The notes under the pieces are model-generated. The model was not told the origin of the DNA and ran no database searches. It saw only the letters and a list, made by a program, of their open reading frames with translations. Positions 1-9,700 of a DNA stretch of 35,315 bases are shown piece after piece. Position 1 is the first letter of the stretch. Every line of letters begins with the position of its first letter. The position numbers were made by a program, and so were the translations under genes. The stretch is from a virus (taxonomy: Duplodnaviria; Caudoviricetes): positions 1 to 35,315 of IMG/VR virus record IMGVR_UViG_3300009678_000104. The stretch is one strand, 5' to 3'.

Positions 1-1
1 A

Positions 2-1408
2 CCTACTTCTTATCAGAAAGCTGTCAAATTGAATGTTGATCGCTCTGGTTCGTCGATGAATACATTTGTCGGCACCGAAGTACTGCCTGAAATGCTCGTT
101 GAATCAAAAGTTGGTGTGTTGGTTGATATGCCGCGTGATCTTGGCATTACATTAAAGGATAAAGGCGAAAAGCACCCATTTCTCACCTTATATCAGGCCG
201 AAAATATCCTTAATTGGAACTATAAGACATTTGATTCCAAGCAGGTGTTAACGGCTGTAATGCTCCAAGAGACGACCACAACGGCCGATGATTGGGGACT
301 ACCTGCGACCTTTGGTGTGCAGTATCGTGTGATGACGCTCATGGCCAATGGTGTTCGTGTACAGTTCTTTGATCATGATGAGACATTAATCAAAACTGTG
401 ATGCTTGATGGTTTGACGAAGATTCCATTCACAATCTTTCAGATTCCATTGAGTTTGATGCGAAATGTGGCAGATTATCAGATTGCATTACTTAATCTGG
501 AATCAAGCGACATTTCATTTGCTCGAAAAGCCAATTTCTCGATTTATTATGAGTTCTATGAACAACGTGATGAGGCAGCACAACAGAAACAAGCCAACGC
601 CAAAGGTCAAACGGTCAATAAATCAGCAGACAGAGAAGTGCAAGTTGGACTCAGTAAAGGCCGACGATTCCCGGCCGGTGTAGAACGACCAGGCTTCGTT
701 AATCCCGATCCTGGTGTCCTTGAGATTAGCATGAAGAAAGGTGATCAATTAAAGGATGATATCCGATTGATTGTGAATCTGAATCTTGCAAATGTCAATG
801 CAAGAGGGTCGTCTGCTGACAGTAAAGAGATTGATAAAGAAGGATTGGAAGCCAGTCTCTCTTATATCGGTCTACTTCTAGAGAAGGGTGAGACTGAGCT
901 AGGTGAGCATTGGGCAGCATTTGAAGGTGATGGTAAACAACCTGAAATCGTTTATCCACGCACCTTTAACATGAAATCGGAGAAAGAACGTCGCGAAGAA
1001 GCGATGGACTTGGACATAATCAAGGATAAAGTGGCATCAAACACGTTTAAGCGTGCAATTGCAAAGAAAATCATACGAATCAGTGTTGGTGCTGATGTTG
1101 CCGATGCTGAATTGAAAAAGATGTACAAAGAGATTGAGGAAGCGAAAACGCTTACTTCTGATGCTAAACAAATCCTTGAAGATCACGAAGCGGGCCTCGT
1201 TAGCGATAAGACGGCAGCGGTCGCACGTGGTTACGAGGAATCAGAAGTCGAACAAGCGAAAAAGGATCGGGCAGAGAGAATCAAATTGACGATGGAAGCC
1301 CAGGGCGGTCCACAAGGTGATGGTGCTGCTCGTGGTGCTCCTGAGTTCGGTGGTAAGACGGGTGAAGATGAGAAAGTGGGCAAGCCAGGTCGCGGAGAGA
1401 ATAAATGA
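2..1408 (+). CDS. Phage portal protein (5'-truncated by window edge)
   Basis: Frame is open from base 2 (PTSYQKAVKLNV...), so the true start is upstream. First gene of the head module; the 'GVLVDMP...LYQAENILNW' segment and 'SADSKEID' resemble SPP1/DUF4055-type portals. Confidence 0.8.
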   Translation, partial: PTSYQKAVKLNVDRSGSSMNTFVGTEVLPEMLVESKVGVLVDMPRDLGITLKDKGEKHPFLTLYQAENILNWNYKTFDSKQVLTAVMLQETTTTADDWGLPATFGVQYRVMTLMANGVRVQFFDHDETLIKTVMLDGLTKIPFTIFQIPLSLMRNVADYQIALLNLESSDISFARKANFSIYYEFYEQRDEAAQQKQANAKGQTVNKSADREVQVGLSKGRRFPAGVERPGFVNPDPGVLEISMKKGDQLKDDIRLIVNLNLANVNARGSSADSKEIDKEGLEASLSYIGLLLEKGETELGEHWAAFEGDGKQPEIVYPRTFNMKSEKERREEAMDLDIIKDKVASNTFKRAIAKKIIRISVGADVADAELKKMYKEIEEAKTLTSDAKQILEDHEAGLVSDKTAAVARGYEESEVEQAKKDRAERIKLTMEAQGGPQGDGAARGAPEFGGKTGEDEKVGKPGRGENK

Positions 1409-1851
1409 GCGCTTACTGTACGATGGCAGAAGCCGATGACTACTTCCTCACGAAGCGAATCAATTCTGAGGATTGGTTCACTAATTCTGAGGAACGTAAG
1501 GACGCGGCTCTTGAAACAGCCACGCGATATATTGATTTGTTGAACCTTGTCGGTGACAAGCATCTTGAGGATCAGGAACTTGAGTTTCCTCGTGATGACG
1601 ATGAAGATGTGCCTGAACCGATTAAAATGGCGACATACGAGATCGCATTCGCTTTAATCACAGGCCGTGATATTGAGATGGAATCAGAAATGGATGGAGA
1701 TTCATCGCACAGCGTTGATATGGCTCGTGCGAACTTTTCTGGTTTCATCAATGAAGCGAGAGTCCACGGTATTCCAAGCATTGTCGCTTGGAAGCTTTTA
1801 CGTCCCTTCACAAGGGACGGGTCTACTTTTACTCTTAGTCGTACGGACTGA
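1405..1851 (+). CDS. Head-tail adaptor / connector (DnaT-like phage family)
   Basis: 'YCTMAEADDYF...W...KDAALETATRYID...QELEFPR...VPEPIKMATYEIA' pattern; ATGA overlap with the portal stop. Confidence 0.75.
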   Translation: MSAYCTMAEADDYFLTKRINSEDWFTNSEERKDAALETATRYIDLLNLVGDKHLEDQELEFPRDDDEDVPEPIKMATYEIAFALITGRDIEMESEMDGDSSHSVDMARANFSGFINEARVHGIPSIVAWKLLRPFTRDGSTFTLSRTD

Positions 1852-1865
1852 GAGGGAGGAATTGT

Positions 1866-2687
1866 ATGAGAATCAGGAAGTGGTATCGTATCTATCGTGA
1901 TGGTGCAGCAGCCGGAGCAGCAGCGGCTGGAACGGCTGATGCTGGAGCAGCGGGTGCTGGCGAAGGTAACGGCGAAAAGACCTTCACACAGAAGCAAGTC
2001 GATGACTTGATTGGCAAGCGTCTTGCTCGTGAAAAGAGCGAGAAAGAAGCTCTGGTCAAGCAACTTGAAACATTCAAACAGAACACATCGCTGTCTGAGA
2101 AGGCCCAAGAAGAATTGCAGGGCCAAATCGACACGTTGAACAATTCACTTCTTACAAAAGATCAGCAATCAGCTCAAGAGCGACAGAAGCTCGAAAAGAA
2201 GCACGCTGATGATTTGAAGAAGGCTGGTGACGAAGCCGGATTGTGGAAGAATCGCTTCACAACCGCACAAGTGAATCGAGCGATTACTGACGCGGCAGTA
2301 TCTGCGGGAGCGGAAGATCCGAGCCAATTCGTTCTGATGTTCAGTTCGTTGGCACGGTTGGAAGAAGCAAAAGACGCCGATGGAAAGGCTACTGGTGAGT
2401 TTCTTCCGATGGTACGATTCCAGGGTTTGGACAAAGACAAGAAGCCAGCGATTCTTGATTTGCCAGTTGGTGAAGCCTTCGCAACGATGAAGGAAGCTGG
2501 CTTGCACAAGAATCTTTTTAAGCACAGTGCCACGCCCGGTACTGGTGAGGCTGGTTCAGGGAAGGGCGGTCGTGATAATAACTCAGAGCCTAATCCAAGT
2601 GATTACGCGTCACAAGAAGAATACGGAAAAGCGTATCAAACTTATCGTGACACGCATGATTTGGATGGCAATGTCATCAAGAAGTAG
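1866..2687 (+). CDS. Capsid scaffolding protein
   Basis: Strong SD (GAGGGAGGA); Ala/Gly linker then 'KTFTQKQVDDLIGKRLAREK' (DUF4355-like scaffold motif) and coiled coil; lies directly before the capsid gene. Confidence 0.8.
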   Translation: MRIRKWYRIYRDGAAAGAAAAGTADAGAAGAGEGNGEKTFTQKQVDDLIGKRLAREKSEKEALVKQLETFKQNTSLSEKAQEELQGQIDTLNNSLLTKDQQSAQERQKLEKKHADDLKKAGDEAGLWKNRFTTAQVNRAITDAAVSAGAEDPSQFVLMFSSLARLEEAKDADGKATGEFLPMVRFQGLDKDKKPAILDLPVGEAFATMKEAGLHKNLFKHSATPGTGEAGSGKGGRDNNSEPNPSDYASQEEYGKAYQTYRDTHDLDGNVIKK

Positions 2688-2696
2688 GAGTGAAAA

Positions 2697-4136
2697 ATGT
2701 TGCTCATGCAACGCGGTCGGTTGAAGCCGATGCGAGTGTATCGTGCAAACGATATTTCCGCTTTTATCCCTGAGAAATGGGCGGCGGAAAGTGTTCGTTT
2801 GTTGTGGGAAAACATGTTGTTCTCTGACTTGGTACACACCGATTTCAAGAATGAAATCGCTGACTTCGGTGATACTGTGAATACCCGCAAACCGGGATCA
2901 TTCACGGCCAAACGCAAGCAGAACGACTTGGACGATTTGGAAACGCAGGATGTGACGGCCACCAACATCCAAGTGGTGTTGAATCAACGCATCTACGTTT
3001 CATTCTTGCTCGGTGATCGTGCTCGCACGATTCCGTTCAAGAACCTCGTGAATGAGTTCCTTGACCCGGCGGTGAAAGCAAACGGCTCTCACCTTGACCG
3101 GTGCATCGGTGGACAAGTCTACCAGTTCCTCGATAATCGAGTTGGTGCACTTGGTCTCGCTTCCTCGACAACCATTTCTGATTACATGGTTGACGCGGGC
3201 GGCGTGATGAATGTCAACAAGACGAGTTTGCAAGGTCGTAACATGGCCTTGGCTTCTCGATCAGAACGAGCGGCACAGAAAGTCGATTTGTTCAAATCGG
3301 CTGAACGCCGTGGTGATGGTGGTCGTGCTCTGCGTGAAGCATCGTTGGGTCGCGTTCATGGATGGGATAACTTCCTGTCTCTGAATGTCCCGTCGATTAG
3401 TGGAGCAACAAAGACGGCTGCTACGACCACGACGGCTGCGGCTCTTCCAGGTGCACTTGTCGTCGCCATGACCGCTGTGACTAACCTGAATCCAGGTCAG
3501 TACTACACGGCTGTTGGTGATTACACAGCACTTCGTGTTGCGTCTGTGTCGTCATTGAACGTCACCAACACTCGACCGTTGCTCAATACGGTTGCAAGTG
3601 GTGCTGCTGTTCAACCCTATGCTCTTGGAGCAATCAAGCAGGGTTCTGCAATCGCTGCCGGTGATACCACCGTTGGTGTTGCTGATGGTTACCCCGCTGG
3701 TTGGATCAAGGGTATCGTTGTTGATGGCACTGGCGTGCCGCAAGTAGGTCAGTTGGTTGCTTTCCGTGCTGCTGCTAGCACGGTTCATCCGACTGAATAC
3801 TGCATCGTTGACGTCATTAACAACGGATCGGATTACACGATCACGTTGGATCAACCGCTGGTTGCCACTTTGGCAGACAATGACATTGTTTGCTACGGCC
3901 CGGATGGTGATTTCAACTTCGGATTCCAACGTCCGGCAGTTGCTTTGATCACCCGTCCGTTGGCTGTTCCGGAACCTGGTTCCGGTGTCCGTGCGGCTTC
4001 GGCGGAGTTCAAGGGTTTGTCGCTTCGCGTCGTAATCACTTACGACGGTAAGGCACAGGCCACTCGTGTGACCGTTGATGGTTTGTTTGGCTTGAAGAAG
4101 CTGGATACGCCTTACGGCATGGTTATGTACGGTTAG
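2697..4136 (+). CDS. Major capsid protein (P22 coat-like HK97 fold with inserted beta domains)
   Basis: SD AGGAG; 'ANDISAFIPEKWAAE...LVHTDF...GDTVNTRKP' N-terminus and 'SLRVVITYD...VTVDGLFGLKKLD' C-terminus are typical of P22-coat-family proteins. Confidence 0.9.
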   Translation: MLLMQRGRLKPMRVYRANDISAFIPEKWAAESVRLLWENMLFSDLVHTDFKNEIADFGDTVNTRKPGSFTAKRKQNDLDDLETQDVTATNIQVVLNQRIYVSFLLGDRARTIPFKNLVNEFLDPAVKANGSHLDRCIGGQVYQFLDNRVGALGLASSTTISDYMVDAGGVMNVNKTSLQGRNMALASRSERAAQKVDLFKSAERRGDGGRALREASLGRVHGWDNFLSLNVPSISGATKTAATTTTAAALPGALVVAMTAVTNLNPGQYYTAVGDYTALRVASVSSLNVTNTRPLLNTVASGAAVQPYALGAIKQGSAIAAGDTTVGVADGYPAGWIKGIVVDGTGVPQVGQLVAFRAAASTVHPTEYCIVDVINNGSDYTITLDQPLVATLADNDIVCYGPDGDFNFGFQRPAVALITRPLAVPEPGSGVRAASAEFKGLSLRVVITYDGKAQATRVTVDGLFGLKKLDTPYGMVMYG

Positions 4137-4161
4137 TTCGCGTTGGGCAGTTTTCCGTGGA

Positions 4162-4188
4162 GGGTGGGCAATGGAATGCCCACTTTAT
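4162..4188 (+). terminator. Probable intrinsic terminator after the capsid gene
   Basis: GTGGGCA (4164-4170) / TGCCCAC (4177-4183) stem with 6-nt loop, followed by TTTAT. The U-tract is short, so read-through is likely. Confidence 0.55.
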
Positions 4189-4189
4189 A

Positions 4190-4675
4190 ATGAATCACCG
4201 ACAATTAATGATTCGACGCCAGTTAAGACGTAAGCTTTATACGCTTAGACGTCGTTTCGGTATTCCGATTGATCATTATAGCGTCACGGTTGGCACGCCT
4301 GATTACGAACTAGGTACAAGTGACGCAACAGTCGTCAAGACAAACTTTCCGCTTGCGATCACAATGTCAGTTACATCCAAGCGTGATTTTGAGTATGATC
4401 TTGGTTACGTGAAGGCAAACAGTAATTTCGTGTATGGTGGATTCTTTGAAGTCGGTGATAGACTAGTAATAGTTGAAACTGACATTACAATCGAGCAACG
4501 TGATTACTTCATCATCGAAGGTAAAAGATACAGTATCCAGACGTTGGGGAAGATTGATCACAACGTTGGATACGTTTTTCATCTACGAATGACGAAGGGC
4601 GTGTTGCCGAATCAGATCATTGAGAAATCAGTGATCCAAAAGTTTGTGATAACAGATGAGCCAGCAATTCAGTGA
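4190..4675 (+). CDS. Putative head-closure / head-tail joining protein
   Basis: Position after the capsid gene; beta-rich 'DYFIIEGKRYSIQ' C-terminal pattern. ATG 4190 preferred because the GTG at 4157 places the terminator hairpin inside the ORF. Confidence 0.55.
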   Translation: MNHRQLMIRRQLRRKLYTLRRRFGIPIDHYSVTVGTPDYELGTSDATVVKTNFPLAITMSVTSKRDFEYDLGYVKANSNFVYGGFFEVGDRLVIVETDITIEQRDYFIIEGKRYSIQTLGKIDHNVGYVFHLRMTKGVLPNQIIEKSVIQKFVITDEPAIQ

Positions 4676-5129
4676 ACATTGGTCACGATGGATTAAAGCA
4701 TCGTGTGCGAAGCACTTTTCAGGGATTTCGGATGAAACGAAATTCTTTGTTGAGGGCTTTGTACGCGATACTGAGAATCTACCTGATTGGGTTGAGTTCA
4801 GGATTGATGGCCCATTTATCAAAGAGCATACAAGAGAGAGCTGGGAGCTTGCAATCGAGATTAATGTTTTGATTTCAGTTACCGAAGGGGTTGACATTTA
4901 TCGACAAGAAGTGATCGTTGGACGGGTGACTGAACTGTTCCTTGATTGCATACGCGTCTATCGTTATGGCAACGGACCTGATGACGACCAAACGGAATTA
5001 GGTTGCTTAGAACTTCGTAAGCCATCGAATCGTGAAAAGTTGACGGTAAGCAATTTTGGCAAGTTACGTCCAGATACACAGTTAACGCAAGCTTCTGTTG
5101 AAGGTCACTACCTCATGTTTCTTGATTAG
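4656..5129 (+). CDS. Putative tail terminator / tail completion protein
   Basis: 157 aa, immediately upstream of the tail tube gene; 'WVEFRIDGP...IEINVLI' pattern. Confidence 0.55.
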   Translation: MSQQFSEHWSRWIKASCAKHFSGISDETKFFVEGFVRDTENLPDWVEFRIDGPFIKEHTRESWELAIEINVLISVTEGVDIYRQEVIVGRVTELFLDCIRVYRYGNGPDDDQTELGCLELRKPSNREKLTVSNFGKLRPDTQLTQASVEGHYLMFLD

Positions 5130-5138
5130 GAGAACGAA

Positions 5139-5636
5139 ATGGTGCTTCGTGCTGCAGTCGATTTGAAAGACTGCGTGATAAAGTTCTTGGACGGTGACAC
5201 ACCGCCCACTGAGCTTGAGATTAAGCTCGATGAGGGCAATCTCACATGGTCGGAGAAGCGGAATATTGAAGTCAAGAAAGATCGCGGTCTACTTGACTAC
5301 GCCAAGGAAGGCGACGAAGAACCGATGGAAGTGACTCTTGAGTGTCGGTTCTCGGCAATCATTTCTGGTGACGGTGAAGACGTCACACCTTCTGAGTTCT
5401 TGAAGAAGGAAGGTGCTGCGTCGGCGTATCTCAGTACCTCTGGTGATTGCGAAGCAGACACGATTGATATCGTCGTTGAGATCACGCATGATTGCGGAAC
5501 TGTTCTTGACGAAATTATCACCTTCGAGAAGTTCGCTTACACTTCCATTGGCGGCGATTTCAAGGCTGGCACACTTTCCATTCAGGGAACCTGTGTCTCG
5601 GTCAAACCTTCCTCTGTTCGCACGGACATGGCTTAA
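5139..5636 (+). CDS. Major tail (tube) protein
   Basis: SD AGGAG; acidic, beta-rich 165 aa ('EGNLTWSEKR...DRGLLD...GDEEPMEV'); precedes chaperone and tape measure genes. Confidence 0.7.
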   Translation: MVLRAAVDLKDCVIKFLDGDTPPTELEIKLDEGNLTWSEKRNIEVKKDRGLLDYAKEGDEEPMEVTLECRFSAIISGDGEDVTPSEFLKKEGAASAYLSTSGDCEADTIDIVVEITHDCGTVLDEIITFEKFAYTSIGGDFKAGTLSIQGTCVSVKPSSVRTDMA

Positions 5637-5637
5637 C

Positions 5638-6192
5638 ATGAAACTCCACGGAAAACCAGTGATTCCACCGCCCTCGGTAGATATCAAAATCTACCGAGGG
5701 TCGGAGGAATATATCTTTACAGCACAGGCGGTGCTGGACTTTGAACCTTTCGAGCAATTGGTGCCTTTACCGAAGCCACCGTTGCGAACTGAAATCAAAA
5801 CTGGTCGTCGGACATACGATCATAGTGACAAGCGATACATGGAGAAAGTTGGTCACTATTCTGAGATGCGTACGGCGTGGTTGATGATTCAATCACTCCA
5901 AGCGACAGCAGGATTGGAATGGGAGCAAGTTGATCCAAAAGATCCAGCAACATGGCTCAAATGGGTCAACGAGTTCACAGCATTCTTGACTGAAAGTGAG
6001 ATGCAAAGCATCGTTCAAGGCGTCACGGAAGCGAATCAGCCTTCTGAGGTACGACAGAGGCAAGCCTTTGATGCTTTTTCACAACCGCAAGCGGAGGAGG
6101 TAACCAACGATCTTATCTCCCAACTGGCAGAACCTCCGAGTACTGCATCTGGCGAGCTTGCGAGCGATTCGGAATCAAACCGCCAGGTGTAA
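5638..6192 (+). CDS. Tail assembly chaperone (lambda gpG-like)
   Basis: ATG 5638 just after the tail tube stop (MKLHGKPV...); lies between tail tube and tape measure; has an overlapping -1 frame extension. Confidence 0.7.
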   Translation: MKLHGKPVIPPPSVDIKIYRGSEEYIFTAQAVLDFEPFEQLVPLPKPPLRTEIKTGRRTYDHSDKRYMEKVGHYSEMRTAWLMIQSLQATAGLEWEQVDPKDPATWLKWVNEFTAFLTESEMQSIVQGVTEANQPSEVRQRQAFDAFSQPQAEEVTNDLISQLAEPPSTASGELASDSESNRQV

Positions 6193-6296
6193 AGGGACGT
6201 TGGGAAGATATTGATTGGTGGACACAAACGAAGTTAATCGAGTTCTCTAACGGTCGTGATTGGGAAGATGCATGTTCACGTTTACCTCAGCTTTGA
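6072..6296 (+). CDS. gpT-like -1 frameshift extension of the tail assembly chaperone
   Basis: The -1 frame is open 6072-6296 with no ATG (…SYLPTGRTSEYCIWRACERFGIKPPGVKGRWEDIDWWTQTKLIEF…). It opens just at the GCTTTTTC run (6073-6080), right after a TGA at 6069-6071. Confidence 0.65.
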   Translation, partial: CFFTTASGGGNQRSYLPTGRTSEYCIWRACERFGIKPPGVKGRWEDIDWWTQTKLIEFSNGRDWEDACSRLPQL

Positions 6297-6790
6297 GTCC
6301 CATGAGACTGGACACGAAGCGAATGCATAAGACCCTTGATCGAGTCATGGGTCAAATGATTCGTGAGGCTGCACGTGAATGGCTGAGAGCTGTATTGATG
6401 AGTGTCCCGGCGAGGGGCGGTTTCCCAGTGTGGTCGGGTGCTGCCAAAAGCACACTCGTCCCGCTGGGACGCTTCTTGCGAATCAATGTTCCTGTACATC
6501 CTGATACAAAAGCACCAGACAGACGCGCTTTAGGCGAAGCAAGTCAAACTTTTCATATCAGAGACGACAAATCTGATCCAATGTCGTTTGTTTATGAGTT
6601 CGAGTGGTCTACGGATTTACTGCATTACTACATCAATGAGTTCTTTGGTGTTATCCCATCAGCTATGCCAAATGGCTGGCGTACAGCAGAAGCTGGTGAA
6701 CGTGCATTTCTTGATTACTTAGCGACCACGTTGCCGAGACGATTGCCATTAGTTTTTGCTGAAATTGATTTTGATACTGGTATAATTTAA
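6272..6790 (+). CDS. Putative tail completion / neck protein (HK97 gp10-like)
   Basis: 'IREAAREWLRAV...PVWSGAAKST' resembles the 'PVxTGxLxxS' motif of HK97 gp10-like proteins; TAATG coupling to the tape measure gene. Confidence 0.5.
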   Translation: MFTFTSALSPMRLDTKRMHKTLDRVMGQMIREAAREWLRAVLMSVPARGGFPVWSGAAKSTLVPLGRFLRINVPVHPDTKAPDRRALGEASQTFHIRDDKSDPMSFVYEFEWSTDLLHYYINEFFGVIPSAMPNGWRTAEAGERAFLDYLATTLPRRLPLVFAEIDFDTGII

Positions 6791-9700
6791 TGGCTAAGCA
6801 AACAATCGTAATCGATACGAAGCACGCAACAAAGAACATTGATGCTTTAGGCAAAAGCGTTAGTGCGTACAATTTGCTTGTTAAGGATCAAGTCAAATCT
6901 GTCAAGGACTTGAATCGTACCTCTGAGGCTCTTAACAAAGCCACACAGACAACGATTACGAATCAACGAAATTACAGCCAAGCACTACGCTCGTCGAATA
7001 CTGCTCTTGATAGCCACAAGATTGCGTTGCAAACTAGTGCACGCACACTTGGCAACATCAGTACAGCATATCAGCGTCTCTCGCCAACAGTCTTTCAGAA
7101 CGTACTAGCGTTCAAGACATTGACGACACAGATGCAGACATTTGAGCGTGCAACTGCTCGTCAAATCAGTGTCACTCAAACGATCACAGCTTCGCTGAAT
7201 CGTGAACGGATCGCGATTGATAGCACTTCTACTCGTCTCGCTGCCTTTGGACAGCAGATCGCACAAATCACATCACAGATGCGGCGTAAAAATACCGCAT
7301 TGACTGATCAAACGAGAGAATTGAAGAAAGACAGCGATGCTGTTCTGTTAGTGACTGCCAGTTACAGAACATTGATTCGCGTTCTTGTTATCCAAACCAT
7401 TCACCGTGCATTTAGTCGATTCCTCAATGAGATTAGGGAATCACTTGAAACATTCAGACTACTTCGTATCGCTATCGCAGAAATCAGAACTATTCAGGGT
7501 GAAGTTGGTAAATCAACTGCTGAATGGGAAAAAGAGTTAATTGGGCTATCGACAGCGTTTGGAATCCCTGTTCTTGAAGTTGCTGCTGCTGAATATGAGG
7601 CGATTAGCAATCAGGTCGTTAATGCAACCAACGCGACACGCTTCATGCGTGATGAGTTAGAGCTTGCAATCACGACACAAGCTAATTTGAAGACTGCTAC
7701 TAATGCGACAAGCACAGTAATCAATGCTTTTCGTAAGTCGTCGCAAGAAGCAACGGTTATTAATGCTAAGCTCTTTAAGACTGTTGAACTAGGTCGAATC
7801 AGGCTCGATGAGCTAGGTTCTCAGTTCGGTCGTGTCAGTGTGCTCAGCAATCAATTAGGAATCACATTTGATGAGCAACAAGCTGCATTAACGACACTCA
7901 CACGACAAGGTGTTGATGCAGAACACGCACAGGTGTTGCTTGCCAACGTGATGAATGCTTTGCTTTCGCCAAGCAAGGAAATGAATGCTCAACTCTCTGA
8001 ATGGGGTGTTCAGACTGGTGGTGCGGCTGTCAAGACATTTGGATTCGTTGGCGTTCTTCGACGATTGGCTGCTATCGCTGAGAGTACTGGTGATCCACTA
8101 CAGCACATCGCTGATATATTCAGTGATCTACGTGCTTTGACCGGTGCTGGTGGTTTGGTTGCTGGCTTCAAGGATTTTGAATCTGATCTACGACGAATCA
8201 GTAATTCACAAGAATCATTTAACGCAGCTATCCAGGAGTCAGTACAAAATACTGGCCGTCGAATCACAATCGAACTCAATAAGGTGAAGAATGAGTTCTT
8301 GAAGACATTCGGTGAAAGTCTCTCGAATGCGTTTCTAACAGTTATTGATTTGTTTGGTGGGGCTGATAAAGCACTCCATGCTCTTGGTGGAGCGATTCGT
8401 GTCGTTACATCAGCGACGCTTGCGTATATCGTTGTGCAGAAAGTTCTAAATACTAACTTTGCAGCGATGAACGTCAGTCTTATCAAGACACGTACTGGCT
8501 TCGCTTTACTTAATTTAGAAACTAAGAAGATAACAGCGTCGTTCACAACGATGCAAATCGCACAAGGTGCGTTGTCACTTGGACTAACTGCTGTTGTTGC
8601 GGTTGCTATCGAAAGCGTCTTTGCATATAATCGACTTACTGATTCTTTGAAAGAGTACTCTGATGCCTTGTCAGAGGCTGAACAACGTCAGTCTGAGCTT
8701 GATATCAAGAAGTTCGCCGAAGAAAGTGAACAGGCATTTGGCACGTTCTCGCAAGCAGTTAGTGCTAATTTCAAAGTCATTTTGCAAGCCTACGCTATTC
8801 TGCACGCAACGAACAATGAATTAGCAGAAAAGTTCGAGAAGAACTTTGCCAAGATTGGAAAGTCTGTTCATAAGGAATTAGATACTGCATTGGACGGTAT
8901 CACGAGTCGACTTCGTGAATCAGAACGTGAACTAGATAAGATTTTCCGAACAATTGAACGTTCCAAAGAGGCTGTTTCGAAGATTCGAATCGGTGAAGTT
9001 GAGAAACGATTCGAAGCTAGTTTGGCTGGTAAGGCTGAACTAGAAGCCTTCCAATTGATTGAGAATGAAAAGATTCGGTTGCATCGTGCAGCATTAGTAG
9101 CACGAGCCAAAGGTGAAGAAGAAGTTGCAGAAGCATTCTTTAGTCGTGTTGAGGCTCTTGGTGAGCGTCAAGCTGAAATCCTAAAGAAGGAATTAGCTGA
9201 TGCTACCAAAGAAAAGGAAAAAGTTTCACACGTTGAGTTCAAGACTGATGCATTTGGTCGACCTAAGTTCGATCGGCGTGGTCGTCCACAGTTCAAACGT
9301 GTAACTGAAACTGTTGCTGATCCAGATGAAGAACGCCAGAAGAAAGCTCTTGAGACATTAAATGCTCTTGAAGCAGAGCGACAGCGTTTAGTGCTTGAAC
9401 GAATCAGAGCAGAAGAAGCTGCTACAGCAAGAGCAGAGGCAGCAGCCGAAGCCTCACGTGCAAGAATTGACGAACAACAAGCTGCTGTTGCACGATTACG
9501 TGACATACTTGCACAGCTTGATTCATTTGATACTACTCAGGTTAATGCTGCTGGTGCATTCCGTAATCTTGCTGCACAAGCAGAAGCTGAGGCTGACGCG
9601 GCTGGATTGTCACCAACTGAGAAATTGACACTTCTACGTGATGCTAAGCGACAAGAGCTTGAGTTAGTTAAGAAAGCAGCAGTTGAACAGGCTCAAGCCG

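Noticed and set aside
5413-5637. Upstream extension of the chaperone ORF in the ORF track
   Set aside because: It overlaps the tail tube gene in another frame; ATG 5638 directly after the tube stop is more plausible.
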